NCBI RefSeq assembly: GCF_000260965.1
Contig: NC_017856.1
Coordinates: 1 to 32,000 of the forward strand
Length of the DNA stretch: 32,000 nt
Origin: Methylophaga frappieri
GTDB taxonomy: Bacteria > Pseudomonadota > Gammaproteobacteria > Nitrosococcales > Methylophagaceae
Reading direction: 5' to 3'
Below are positions 22,821 to 31,468 of the stretch, piece after piece (the stretch's first letter is position 1; every line of letters begins with the position of its first letter). The position numbers were made by a program, and so were the translations under genes. Under the pieces are notes generated by a model. That model saw only the letters and a list, made by a program, of their open reading frames with translations, did no database searches and was not told the origin of the DNA.

Positions 22821-25051
22821 CTAAACTTTCGCAGTTGCCAGCAATAGTGAATTTTAGGGCGACGTGCAAAATCCTCAGGTAGTGTTGCTTTACTGAGGTC
22901 TGTAATTTCAAATTGTGTTAATGACGAGTCGTCTAAGCGAAAATCCTGACGATTGGTAGAGAACCAGATTACCCCTTCTGCACTCAATAATTTTGCCAAT
23001 TTGTTGAGCATATCTGCATGATCGCGCTGAATATCAAAGATGCCCGTCATTTTGCTGGAATTAGAGAAGGTAGGCGGATCGATAAAAATGACATCGAATT
23101 GCTGTTTTTCTGCAACCGCCTGATCCAGCCAAGCGGTAACATCGGCCCGCAAGAATTGATGCTTGTCATTGGTTAACTGATTCAACGCTAGGTTATCTTT
23201 TGCCCACTGCAGGTAGGTATTTGACATGTCTACAGTTAAGCTGGATTTGGCGCCCGCTGCTGCTGCATAGACGGTCACACTGCCGGTATAAGCAAATAAA
23301 TTTAACAACGATTTACCGCGGGCCTGTTGACCAATCATTTGTCGCGTAAGGCGATGATCAAGAAACAAACCCGTATCCAGATAGTCGGTCAGATTAACCC
23401 AGAATTTAAGACCATTTTCCCGAACAGCAAAACGTTGATTGAGCGCCGCCTGGGTTTCGTATTGATCACTACCCCGCTGTCGCTGACGATATTTTAATGT
23501 GATATCGGTGGCAGAGACGCCTAAAACATCAGGAACGATTTTCATTATTTCCTGGAGTCGGCGGCTCGCTTTTTGTGGGTCAATTTCTGCTGGCGGGGCA
23601 TATTCCTGAACATGAACTTTGTCGCCATAAATATCAATCGCAGCAGCATAGTCCGGTAAATCAGCATCATATACGCGATAACACTCAACATCTTGTTTGC
23701 GTGCCCATTTGGCAAGGTGTTTGGCATTCTTTCGCAGCCGATTGGCAAACATGGTGGCTTGCTCTGACAGTGTGATTGAAGGTGAAGTAAGCGTGGAATG
23801 CGTTTCTGGTGGGACGTCTGTAACGCCAGGCCATGGCGCTGGCTTTATGGGTTGACTGGTCGGCGCGGTGGCTTGCTTAGCCGGTTTCGGGGCACGGTAG
23901 TACAACACCTCACAGGCAATCGGCCCATTATCAAACGGACGCTGTTCAAATAGGGTCAGTCCAGTAAATTTTCCTAATGCCGCATTGTCGGTAATAATTG
24001 CTGTGCGCCAACTTGGCAATTTTTCCGACACAATATTACCGATGCTATCAAAGAGATAATGTAACTTGTCAGTATCGCCCATTCGGGTTCCATAAGGTGG
24101 ATTACAGACAAATAAGCCTTGGGCAGGCAGTTGTCGACTAACCGCAGTCCAATCCAGTAAACGGCGATGTTCGACTTGGATATGCTCGGCCAGCCCAGCA
24201 GCGTTTATATTTTCAGTTGCGGCGATAACGGCCGTATCGTCTTGATCACCACCTGTTAGATGCGGGAGCCGTGATAAGCCGCTTAGTCGCCGTCGTTCTG
24301 CATCAGCCCGGAGCTGTTGCCAAGCCGATGCATCATGTTGTGGCCAGTTCAGAAAGCCAAAGTAGTGACGGTTAAATGCGGGGGCAATATCCGCCGCCAT
24401 CATGGCCGCTTCAATCAAAAACGTACCACTACCGCACATAGGATCGATGAGTCCCCATCCTTGGCGCGCCAGTTTCGGCCAGTCAGCGGCAAGCAATATT
24501 GCGGCGGCAAGGGTTTCTTTGAGTGGTGCAATAGTCTGTTGAACACGATAGCCACGTTTATGCAGACTGTCTCCAGACAAATCAATACTGACAATGGCTT
24601 GATTGTGTTTAACATAAACATTGACACGTAAATCGGGCTGCCCTAAATCGACGGATGGCCGTTTACCGAATTGCTCACGAATCTGGTCAACAATGGCATC
24701 CTTCACCTTTTGCGCACCAAACTGATTGTGTTGCAGCTTTGAGCGAAAACTATTGAAATCAATCGCCAGTGTCGCCGATTCATCTGTCGCTATATGCGTC
24801 GACCAATCAATGGTTTGAATGCCCTGATAGAGCTGCTCAGGCGTCTCAGCCATAAACCGGGCAACCGGCATCAAAACCCGCACGGCAACACGCGACCATA
24901 AACAGACTTGGTAGGCTTGTTTAAGCGTTCCGGTAAAACGAACGCTACCCGTTTCTTGCTTGGTGTTGGTAATGCCAAATTGACGGAGTTCGTCGCTGAG
25001 TAAATCCAGCATGCCGCGAGCAGCTGTGACAGTGAACTTATGTTGGGTCAT
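22817..25051 (-). CDS. rlmL: bifunctional 23S rRNA methyltransferase RlmKL (m2G2445 / m7G2069)
   Basis: 744 aa. It has an N-terminal THUMP-type region, two SAM-MTase modules (DPMCGSGTFLIEAA...NPPYG and a C-terminal FAYTGS...IDPPTF), and a P/T/A-rich linker between them. Confidence 0.9.
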   Translation of the reverse strand: MTQHKFTVTAARGMLDLLSDELRQFGITNTKQETGSVRFTGTLKQAYQVCLWSRVAVRVLMPVARFMAETPEQLYQGIQTIDWSTHIATDESATLAIDFNSFRSKLQHNQFGAQKVKDAIVDQIREQFGKRPSVDLGQPDLRVNVYVKHNQAIVSIDLSGDSLHKRGYRVQQTIAPLKETLAAAILLAADWPKLARQGWGLIDPMCGSGTFLIEAAMMAADIAPAFNRHYFGFLNWPQHDASAWQQLRADAERRRLSGLSRLPHLTGGDQDDTAVIAATENINAAGLAEHIQVEHRRLLDWTAVSRQLPAQGLFVCNPPYGTRMGDTDKLHYLFDSIGNIVSEKLPSWRTAIITDNAALGKFTGLTLFEQRPFDNGPIACEVLYYRAPKPAKQATAPTSQPIKPAPWPGVTDVPPETHSTLTSPSITLSEQATMFANRLRKNAKHLAKWARKQDVECYRVYDADLPDYAAAIDIYGDKVHVQEYAPPAEIDPQKASRRLQEIMKIVPDVLGVSATDITLKYRQRQRGSDQYETQAALNQRFAVRENGLKFWVNLTDYLDTGLFLDHRLTRQMIGQQARGKSLLNLFAYTGSVTVYAAAAGAKSSLTVDMSNTYLQWAKDNLALNQLTNDKHQFLRADVTAWLDQAVAEKQQFDVIFIDPPTFSNSSKMTGIFDIQRDHADMLNKLAKLLSAEGVIWFSTNRQDFRLDDSSLTQFEITDLSKATLPEDFARRPKIHYCWQLRKFS

Positions 25052-25095
25052 GGGCTATCCTGATATAATTCACGCATTTTAATACAGGTGACTTT

Positions 25096-25392
25096 GTGAT
25101 GGCAGTGACAGATAAACAACGACGATATCTTAAGGGGCTGGCACATTCGCTAAAGCCCGTTGTCATGGTAGGTAACAGCGGTTTAACAGACGCCGTAATG
25201 AATGAAATCGATCAAGCGCTGGCGCACCATGAATTGATTAAAGTGCGGGTGAGCGGACAAGAGCGGGATGAAAGACATTCAATGCTGGAAAAAATTGCAG
25301 TGCAATCAAAAGCTGACTTAGTACTAATAATTGGTAATATTGGTGGCTTTTATCGCCCTGCCGAGCAACCCAGAATCAGTTTGCCGCGTTAG
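25096..25392 (+). CDS. yhbY: YhbY family (CRM domain) ribosome-assembly RNA-binding protein
   Basis: LTDKQRRYLKGLAHSLKPVVMVGNSGLTDAVMNEIDQALAHHELIKVRV is typical of YhbY. The start is GTG at 25096 or ATG at 25099. It is divergent from rlmKL. Confidence 0.9.
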   Translation: MMAVTDKQRRYLKGLAHSLKPVVMVGNSGLTDAVMNEIDQALAHHELIKVRVSGQERDERHSMLEKIAVQSKADLVLIIGNIGGFYRPAEQPRISLPR

Positions 25393-25422
25393 ATCTATAA
25401 CACACGTTTTTGAGGAGGTTTT

Positions 25423-26022
25423 ATGATTGCCAAGCCAGCGAATACCGCCGAACCCATTGCAGAAATTATTGCAGCGCGTTGGAGTGGTCGAGCCTATGAT
25501 GCATCGAGAGCCGTTAGCGAGGCCCAGATTACGGCATTGTGCGAAGCAGCACGATGGGCACCCTCCTGTTTTGGCGACGAGCCGTGGCGTTTTATCATTT
25601 GGGACCGCTTTCATGATGCGGAAAGTTGGCAGAAAGCATTTGATTGCTTGGTTGAAGGCAATCAGGCATGGGCAAAAAATGCGCCAGTATTGATTTTGGC
25701 GGCGTCGGTTGAACACTTTAGTCACAATGACAAACCCAATCGATGGACTGGTTATGATACGGGTGCGGCCAGTGTCAGCTTGTGTTTGCAGGCAACCCAA
25801 TTAGGCCTTATGTCGCATCAGATGGGCGGCTTTGACAGCAACGCTATGCGAGAGACTTTTGCCATTCCAGAATCAGTTCATTTATGGTCGATGAATGCAA
25901 TAGGTTACGCCCTGCCACTTGAGGCATTAGGTGCGGAGCAACGGGAGAAGGAACTTAGTCCTCGTAAGCGGCGTCCTTTAGAGCAGCAGTTTTTTCATGG
26001 TGGCTGGCAACAAAGCCGTTGA
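25423..26022 (+). CDS. nitroreductase family protein
   Basis: 199 aa with GAGGAGG 6 nt upstream. ...RWSGRAY...ARWAPSCFGDEPWRF... and ...TGYDTGAASVSLCLQA... are typical of the NADH oxidase/flavin reductase (nitroreductase) fold. Confidence 0.85.
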   Translation: MIAKPANTAEPIAEIIAARWSGRAYDASRAVSEAQITALCEAARWAPSCFGDEPWRFIIWDRFHDAESWQKAFDCLVEGNQAWAKNAPVLILAASVEHFSHNDKPNRWTGYDTGAASVSLCLQATQLGLMSHQMGGFDSNAMRETFAIPESVHLWSMNAIGYALPLEALGAEQREKELSPRKRRPLEQQFFHGGWQQSR

Positions 26023-26037
26023 TTAGGAATGTAATCT

Positions 26038-26499
26038 ATGAAATTTTCGACCCTGATAATCCTAGCATTATTTAGTTGTTCTGCTTTAGCCTACGAAAAA
26101 ATCTACTTGAAGCGCTTGCTTGAAGAGAATCAATGCCACCACTGTACTTTGACCGAAGCCCCCCTGAACGACAAAGACTTGCGTGGTGCCGATCTTAGCG
26201 AATCCAAGTTGCAAAAAATAAATCTACAAAACAGTCAACTACAAGGTGCATGGTTTACGCACTCCAAAATGCATGAGGCAAATTTGGAAGGGGCTGATTT
26301 GCAAGGTGCCTTGCTCGACTATACCCTTCTCAATCACGCCAATTTAAAAAATACTAATTTAGATAATGCCCAGATGATTTTCAGTAATTTAACCGGCGCC
26401 GATTTATCCGGCGCTTCAATGAATGGTACAAAAATGCGGGGCATTATTTTTTGTAACACAACAATGCCAAATGGAAAAATCAATAACAGTAGTTGTTAA
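26038..26499 (+). CDS. secreted pentapeptide-repeat protein
   Basis: 153 aa with a signal peptide (MKFSTLIILALFSCSALA) followed by about 18 consecutive A(D/N)LxX-type pentapeptides (GADLSESKLQKINLQNSQLQGAWF...ANLEGADLQGALL...). Confidence 0.85.
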   Translation: MKFSTLIILALFSCSALAYEKIYLKRLLEENQCHHCTLTEAPLNDKDLRGADLSESKLQKINLQNSQLQGAWFTHSKMHEANLEGADLQGALLDYTLLNHANLKNTNLDNAQMIFSNLTGADLSGASMNGTKMRGIIFCNTTMPNGKINNSSC

Positions 26500-26527
26500 T
26501 ATTTCGCGATTTAGGTTTACTTATTTT

Positions 26528-26577
26528 CGCCTAATCCTAAAAATACTTATTTTGGGTTAGGCGTTAATTTTTCTTTA
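26528..26577 (+). terminator. rho-independent terminator after the yhbY-nitroreductase-pentapeptide operon
   Basis: CGCCTAATCC (26528-26537) pairs with GGGTTAGGCG (26554-26563) over 10 bp including one G-U pair. The loop is a rather large 16 nt, and the stem is followed by TTAATTTTTCTTT. Confidence 0.6.
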
Positions 26578-26606
26578 TACCGCTAAGCCTGAATTTCTCC
26601 GGTTGT

Positions 26607-29600
26607 TTGAATCGTAGGTTTATTGTCTTGACCGACCCCACTTTGTACCAACTCGAACAAATGCTGCCTAAAACCATGTTGGTTGATCGGCATAACCTGA
26701 CTCGAAAATTACAACACCTGAAAAAAAATTCGACGCCGGATAGCAAGCAGCTACAAAACCTGATCGAAAAAATCACGCGCTCAGCCGAACAATATCAAAA
26801 TCGCATACAAAATCGACCCAAGCCAAAGCTAGATGCTGATCTGCCAGTGATTGCACGGCGTCAGGAAATAGCCGATGCCATTCAGGCGCATCAGGTGATT
26901 ATTCTGTGCGGTGAAACGGGCTCGGGTAAAACGACGCAATTACCGCAAATTTGTCTGGACTTGGGGCGTGGGGTAAGCGGCTTGATTGGACATACGCAGC
27001 CGCGACGTATTGCCGCGAGAACGGTTGCAACCCGTATTGCCGAAGAACTGGATTCGGAGATTGGCGAAACGGTTGGTTATAAAGTTCGGTTTCATGACCA
27101 AGTTCGAGCTGATCGTAGCTATATCAAATTGATGACTGACGGCATCTTGTTGGCCGAAACTCAAAATGACAAATTTTTAAATCAATATGACACGATTATT
27201 ATCGATGAGGCCCATGAGCGCAGTCTCAACATTGATTTTTTATTGGGTTATTTGAAGCAGCTGTTACCAAAGCGTCCTGATCTGAAACTCATCATCACCT
27301 CAGCAACGATCGATACAGAGCGTTTTTCTACCCATTTCAACAACGCGCCGGTGATTGAAGTCAGTGGTCGGACTTATCCGGTCGACATTCGGTATCGGCC
27401 ATTGATTAGTCAGGATGATGACAACGAAGACTATGATTTCGTTGAAGGCATTGTTGCCGGTGTTGATGAAGTTTGCAAAGAAGGTCCCGGTGATGTGTTG
27501 GTGTTTTTGTCTGGTGAACGTGATATTCGCGATGTGTCTGAGGCATTGCGTAAACACCATCCGCCAAATACCGAGATTTTGCCCCTGTTTGCCCGCCAAT
27601 CGGCTGCTGAGCAAAACCGTGTTTTTAAAACCGGTGGCCCGCGGCGGATAGTTCTTGCTACCAATGTAGCCGAAACCTCTTTGACAGTGCCGGGTATTCG
27701 CTATGTGGTGGATCCGGGACTGGCTCGAATTAGTCGATATAGTGTACGTAATAAGGTGCAACGGTTACCGATTGAAAAAATCTCTCAATCGAGTGCCAAT
27801 CAACGTGCCGGTCGGTGTGGACGGATTGCTGCCGGGGTCTGTATTCGCCTTTATGATGAAGATGATTTTCAGGCTCGGCCGGCCTTTACCGACCCGGAAA
27901 TTTTAAGAACTAATCTTGCTTCCGTTATCTTGCAGATGACGGCATTAAAACTGGGTGATCCCGGCAAATTTCCATTTATTAATCCGCCCCCGCCCAAGAT
28001 GGTCAATGATGGTTACCGTTTGCTCGAAGAGTTGGGCGCGGTGACACGGCAACGACAAATCACTGATACGGGTCGGCAATTGGCGAAACTGCCCATTGAT
28101 CCGCGTATTGCGAGAATGATTCTGGCGGCACATACACAAAACAGTCTTAACGAAGTTCTCGTTATCGCCAGTGCCTTAAGTATTCAGGATCCACGTGAGC
28201 GACCGATGGATAAACAGCAGGCCGCTGATGAAGCACATAAAAAGTATCAGGATGAACGCAGTGATTTTTTGGCCTTTTTAAAGCTTTGGGCGTTATATCA
28301 CGACAAGAAAAAACACTTATCACAAAATAAGTTACGTAAATTTTGCAAAGAAAACTTTCTCTCTTTTCTGCGGCTGAGAGAATGGCTGGATATTTACCAG
28401 CAATTGCAAGTTCAAGTGAAGCAGATGGGCTTTAAAGCGAATCAGCAACCAGCAGATTATATGGCGATACACCTTGCCCTGCTAACTGGATTATTGAGTC
28501 ATGTCGCTACGAAAACGGATCAATATAGCTACACCGGTGCGCGTAATCTCAAATTAAAAATTTTTCCCGGTTCGGCGCTGCATAAAAAAGGGCCAAAATG
28601 GCTTATGGCAGCTGAACTGGTTGAAACGGGCCAACTCTACGCACGAATTGTAGCAAAAATTGAACCAGACTGGATTGAACCGGTCGCTGGAGACTTGGTT
28701 AATCGACAATACAGCGATCCGCATTGGGAAAAAAAGCCAGCGCAGGTCGTTGCCTTTGAAAGTGTCACGCTCTATGGCTTGCCTGTTGTCACACGGCGCC
28801 GCGTGCACTTCGGCCCTATTGATCGGGCATTAGCCAACGAAATATTTATTCGCCAGGCATTGGTAGCGGGTGACTTTAATTGCAATGCACCCTTCTTTAA
28901 ACATAATCAGCAACTGATTGAAGATATTGCCATTCTGGAGCATAAGTCCAGACGCCGTGATGTTTTGGTGGATGATGATGTGTTATTTGAGTTTTATCGC
29001 CAGCATGTGCCAGCACATATTGTGAACGGGGCTGGGTTTGAACGTTGGCGCAAAAAAGCGCAGCAGCAAGATCCCAACCTACTATTTTTGACGCGTGAAG
29101 CGCTCATGGCACACGAAGCTGAGCAAGTCACGGTCGATGATTTTCCGGATCAAATGTTGGTTAACCGTATTGCGTTACCGCTCTCCTATCATTTTGAGCC
29201 GGGTAAACAAGAAGATGGCATTACGCAAACGATTCCCATATCGCTACTCAACCAGACACAACCAGAACGCTATGAATGGCTCGTGCCAGGATTGCTCCGA
29301 GATAAGGTGATTTTTTTATTAAAATCCTTGCCTAAGTCATTGCGTCGGCACGTTATTCCTGTACCACAATATGCAGATCGTGCTTTGGAACTGATTTCTG
29401 CAGATCAAGGCGCTTTATTACCCGCGTTGAGTGATGCCCTGCATCGATTGGCCGGGGTCGATATTAAACCGGATGATTGGCGACTGGATGAATTGCCACC
29501 CTATTTGCAGATGAATTTCCGGCTGGTGGACGAACGGGGAAAGTTACTTGAAAGCAGTCGTGATTTATCCGCACTGAAAATTAATTGGGCTGATGAAGCC

Positions 29601-30518
29601 GCAGATAGTTTTAGTCAATTACCTGACAGTGAATATGAAAAAAGCGGATTAACCAGCTGGTGTTTTGGCGACTTGCCCGCTCAGATGGTACTGGAACAAA
29701 ATGGTATTGAAATCACTGCTTATCCCGCATTGATTGATAAGACAAATTCTGTTGATTTGACCTTATTAGATACTCAGTCTCAAGCTGAAGCGCAGACATT
29801 TAAAGGCTTGCGCAGGCTGTTTATGTTAGCGGAAAAAGAGACCGTCAAATATCTGCACAAACATCTGCCAGATATCAAAACAATGTGTTTGCATTATGCC
29901 AATGTTCCGCCCTCGCCCTATACGGATAAAGAACGCCAGCAAACGCCTTGTGAACAATTAAAAACAGACTTAATCCAAGTAGCTTTTGATCGGTGTTTTC
30001 TTCTCAATAAACCCTGGCCTCGTAGCCAGACTGAATTTGAGCAACGGCTGTCGGAAGAGCGGCGACATTTAATTAACATAGCAACGGCGCTCGCGGCTGT
30101 TATTGCCGATGCTTTACGGGAATATCATGCTATAGCGAAGCGTTTATCCGGCAATCTACCCCTTGCGGCAATGCATGCGGTGCAAGATATTCGCGAGCAG
30201 TTGCAATACCTGCTCTATCAAGGATTTGTCCATGACTTGCCTGATACAGCGTTAAAACGTTTACCTGCCTACTTTCAGGCGATCGGATTACGGTTGGATA
30301 AGTTAAAAACGGATCCAAGCAAAGACAAGCAAAGACAACAAGAAGTCAGTCGTCACTGGCGTCGATATTTGCAACATCAGCATCGCACGACCGATGGGTA
30401 TCAACATTATCGCTGGATGATTGAAGAGTTTCGTATTTCTATCTTCGCTCAGGAGGTGGGTACGGCATACCCAATCTCAGCCAAGCGTTTGGATAAATAT
30501 TGGGCGGATGCCTGTTAA
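26607..30518 (+). CDS. hrpA: ATP-dependent RNA helicase HrpA (DEAH box)
   Basis: 1303 aa, colinear with E. coli HrpA: GETGSGKTTQLPQICL, IIDEAHERSLNIDFLLG, SATID, TNVAETSLTVPGI, QRAGRCGR and a long C-terminal extension. The start is not an ATG: TTG at 26607 or TTG at 26628. The ATG at 26661 would remove N-terminal residues that align with E. coli. Confidence 0.93.
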   Translation: MNRRFIVLTDPTLYQLEQMLPKTMLVDRHNLTRKLQHLKKNSTPDSKQLQNLIEKITRSAEQYQNRIQNRPKPKLDADLPVIARRQEIADAIQAHQVIILCGETGSGKTTQLPQICLDLGRGVSGLIGHTQPRRIAARTVATRIAEELDSEIGETVGYKVRFHDQVRADRSYIKLMTDGILLAETQNDKFLNQYDTIIIDEAHERSLNIDFLLGYLKQLLPKRPDLKLIITSATIDTERFSTHFNNAPVIEVSGRTYPVDIRYRPLISQDDDNEDYDFVEGIVAGVDEVCKEGPGDVLVFLSGERDIRDVSEALRKHHPPNTEILPLFARQSAAEQNRVFKTGGPRRIVLATNVAETSLTVPGIRYVVDPGLARISRYSVRNKVQRLPIEKISQSSANQRAGRCGRIAAGVCIRLYDEDDFQARPAFTDPEILRTNLASVILQMTALKLGDPGKFPFINPPPPKMVNDGYRLLEELGAVTRQRQITDTGRQLAKLPIDPRIARMILAAHTQNSLNEVLVIASALSIQDPRERPMDKQQAADEAHKKYQDERSDFLAFLKLWALYHDKKKHLSQNKLRKFCKENFLSFLRLREWLDIYQQLQVQVKQMGFKANQQPADYMAIHLALLTGLLSHVATKTDQYSYTGARNLKLKIFPGSALHKKGPKWLMAAELVETGQLYARIVAKIEPDWIEPVAGDLVNRQYSDPHWEKKPAQVVAFESVTLYGLPVVTRRRVHFGPIDRALANEIFIRQALVAGDFNCNAPFFKHNQQLIEDIAILEHKSRRRDVLVDDDVLFEFYRQHVPAHIVNGAGFERWRKKAQQQDPNLLFLTREALMAHEAEQVTVDDFPDQMLVNRIALPLSYHFEPGKQEDGITQTIPISLLNQTQPERYEWLVPGLLRDKVIFLLKSLPKSLRRHVIPVPQYADRALELISADQGALLPALSDALHRLAGVDIKPDDWRLDELPPYLQMNFRLVDERGKLLESSRDLSALKINWADEAADSFSQLPDSEYEKSGLTSWCFGDLPAQMVLEQNGIEITAYPALIDKTNSVDLTLLDTQSQAEAQTFKGLRRLFMLAEKETVKYLHKHLPDIKTMCLHYANVPPSPYTDKERQQTPCEQLKTDLIQVAFDRCFLLNKPWPRSQTEFEQRLSEERRHLINIATALAAVIADALREYHAIAKRLSGNLPLAAMHAVQDIREQLQYLLYQGFVHDLPDTALKRLPAYFQAIGLRLDKLKTDPSKDKQRQQEVSRHWRRYLQHQHRTTDGYQHYRWMIEEFRISIFAQEVGTAYPISAKRLDKYWADAC

Positions 30519-30677
30519 TGTTCAGTTAAAGTTCAGTAACTGAATGCTAAGTTTTGCGTTGGTAAGGCATTATGAGTGTGTTAAATCACTTAATAGATTG
30601 TGTAAATAACCTATTTTAATTAGGGCTTTTTTCCCTAAACTTGATTTTTTTGCTGCGTAAATACGGGAGTATGACAA

Positions 30678-31088
30678 ATGAAAATAATCAAGTTAAACAA
30701 AATAAGCATGGTATTACTTGGGCTAATACTCAATAGCGTGTTGATTAACACTGCGTTTGCTGTTGACCATGATTACAAAGTCACTAATGGCAATGAGTTG
30801 GATGCTGACACTTATAGTGGATTTAAACTTTACCGTAATTGGTGTGCTCGATGTCATGGGACATATGGTCAAGGCATGGTTGGTCCTAACTTAGCTCAGA
30901 GCCTTCAAAGCATTACTTACGAAGAATTTGTAGAGACGGTTACTAATGGTAAGCTGGGGAATATTGGATCCATGCCTGCATGGAAAGAAAATCAATCTGT
31001 TATGCAAGGGATGAATAATTTATATCGTTATTTAAAGGCACGAGCTGATGGCAAGATTGGTGTCATCAAACCTGTCAAAGTTAAATGA
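30678..31088 (+). CDS. periplasmic class I c-type cytochrome (monohaem)
   Basis: 136 aa with GGGAG 8 nt upstream, a signal peptide, a single CARCH haem-binding motif and a likely distal Met in GSMPAW. Confidence 0.8.
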   Translation: MKIIKLNKISMVLLGLILNSVLINTAFAVDHDYKVTNGNELDADTYSGFKLYRNWCARCHGTYGQGMVGPNLAQSLQSITYEEFVETVTNGKLGNIGSMPAWKENQSVMQGMNNLYRYLKARADGKIGVIKPVKVK

Positions 31089-31159
31089 CCAGGTATTTAT
31101 CCCTAATAGAGTTTGTGCTCATGTTTTAACAGGCAGAATTATCATCTTTCATAAGACAG

Positions 31160-31462
31160 ATGATTGGAACCTTTATGCGAATATTATGCAGACTACTGCT
31201 GTTGATTTTATTCATGCCGTCTTTGGTTGTCGCGAGAGAATTACCTGACGATATTGAGCAAGGTACGAGTGTTAACAACATCTCACTGCCATTAACTGAA
31301 ATAACAGCGGCTGAGTTAGCACATGTTGAAACAGGTGGCCGGGTTCTGTCAGTTCACTTTGAGTATTTTGAAGAAGAGCCCATTTTTCGTGTCAAAGTTC
31401 TTCACGATAATGGTATGGTTAAAACCTACCGTATACACCGGGATAATGGACAGCGAATGTGA
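31160..31462 (+). CDS. PepSY domain-containing protein (secreted)
   Basis: It has a signal peptide MRILCRLLLLILFMPSLVVA, so the start may be the ATG at 31175 rather than 31160. The C-terminal ...AAELAHVETGGRVLSVHFEY...FRVKVLHDNGMVKTYRIHRDNG fits the PepSY pattern. Confidence 0.75.
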   Translation: MIGTFMRILCRLLLLILFMPSLVVARELPDDIEQGTSVNNISLPLTEITAAELAHVETGGRVLSVHFEYFEEEPIFRVKVLHDNGMVKTYRIHRDNGQRM

Positions 31463-31468
31463 GGGTTA

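Noticed and set aside
23759-23893. A P/T/A-rich low-complexity stretch (APKPAKQATAPTSQPIKPAPWPGVTDVPPETHSTLTSPS) lies in the middle of rlmKL. I asked whether it is an insertion or a gene-fusion scar.
   Set aside because: It is in frame with no stop or frameshift, and it sits exactly at the junction of the RlmL and RlmK modules where a flexible linker is expected. It is most simply a lineage-specific linker expansion.
25324-25800. A 158-aa minus-strand ORF lies opposite the yhbY end and the nitroreductase gene.
   Set aside because: It is embedded antisense in two genes with clear family signatures, has a Cys/Arg-rich composition that does not look native, and has no SD.
27300-27761. A 153-aa minus-strand ORF lies inside hrpA, and there are several other 60-130-aa antisense or alternate-frame ORFs across the window.
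   Set aside because: All lie within long ORFs of well-recognised function and show no independent coding evidence. These are typical shadow ORFs.
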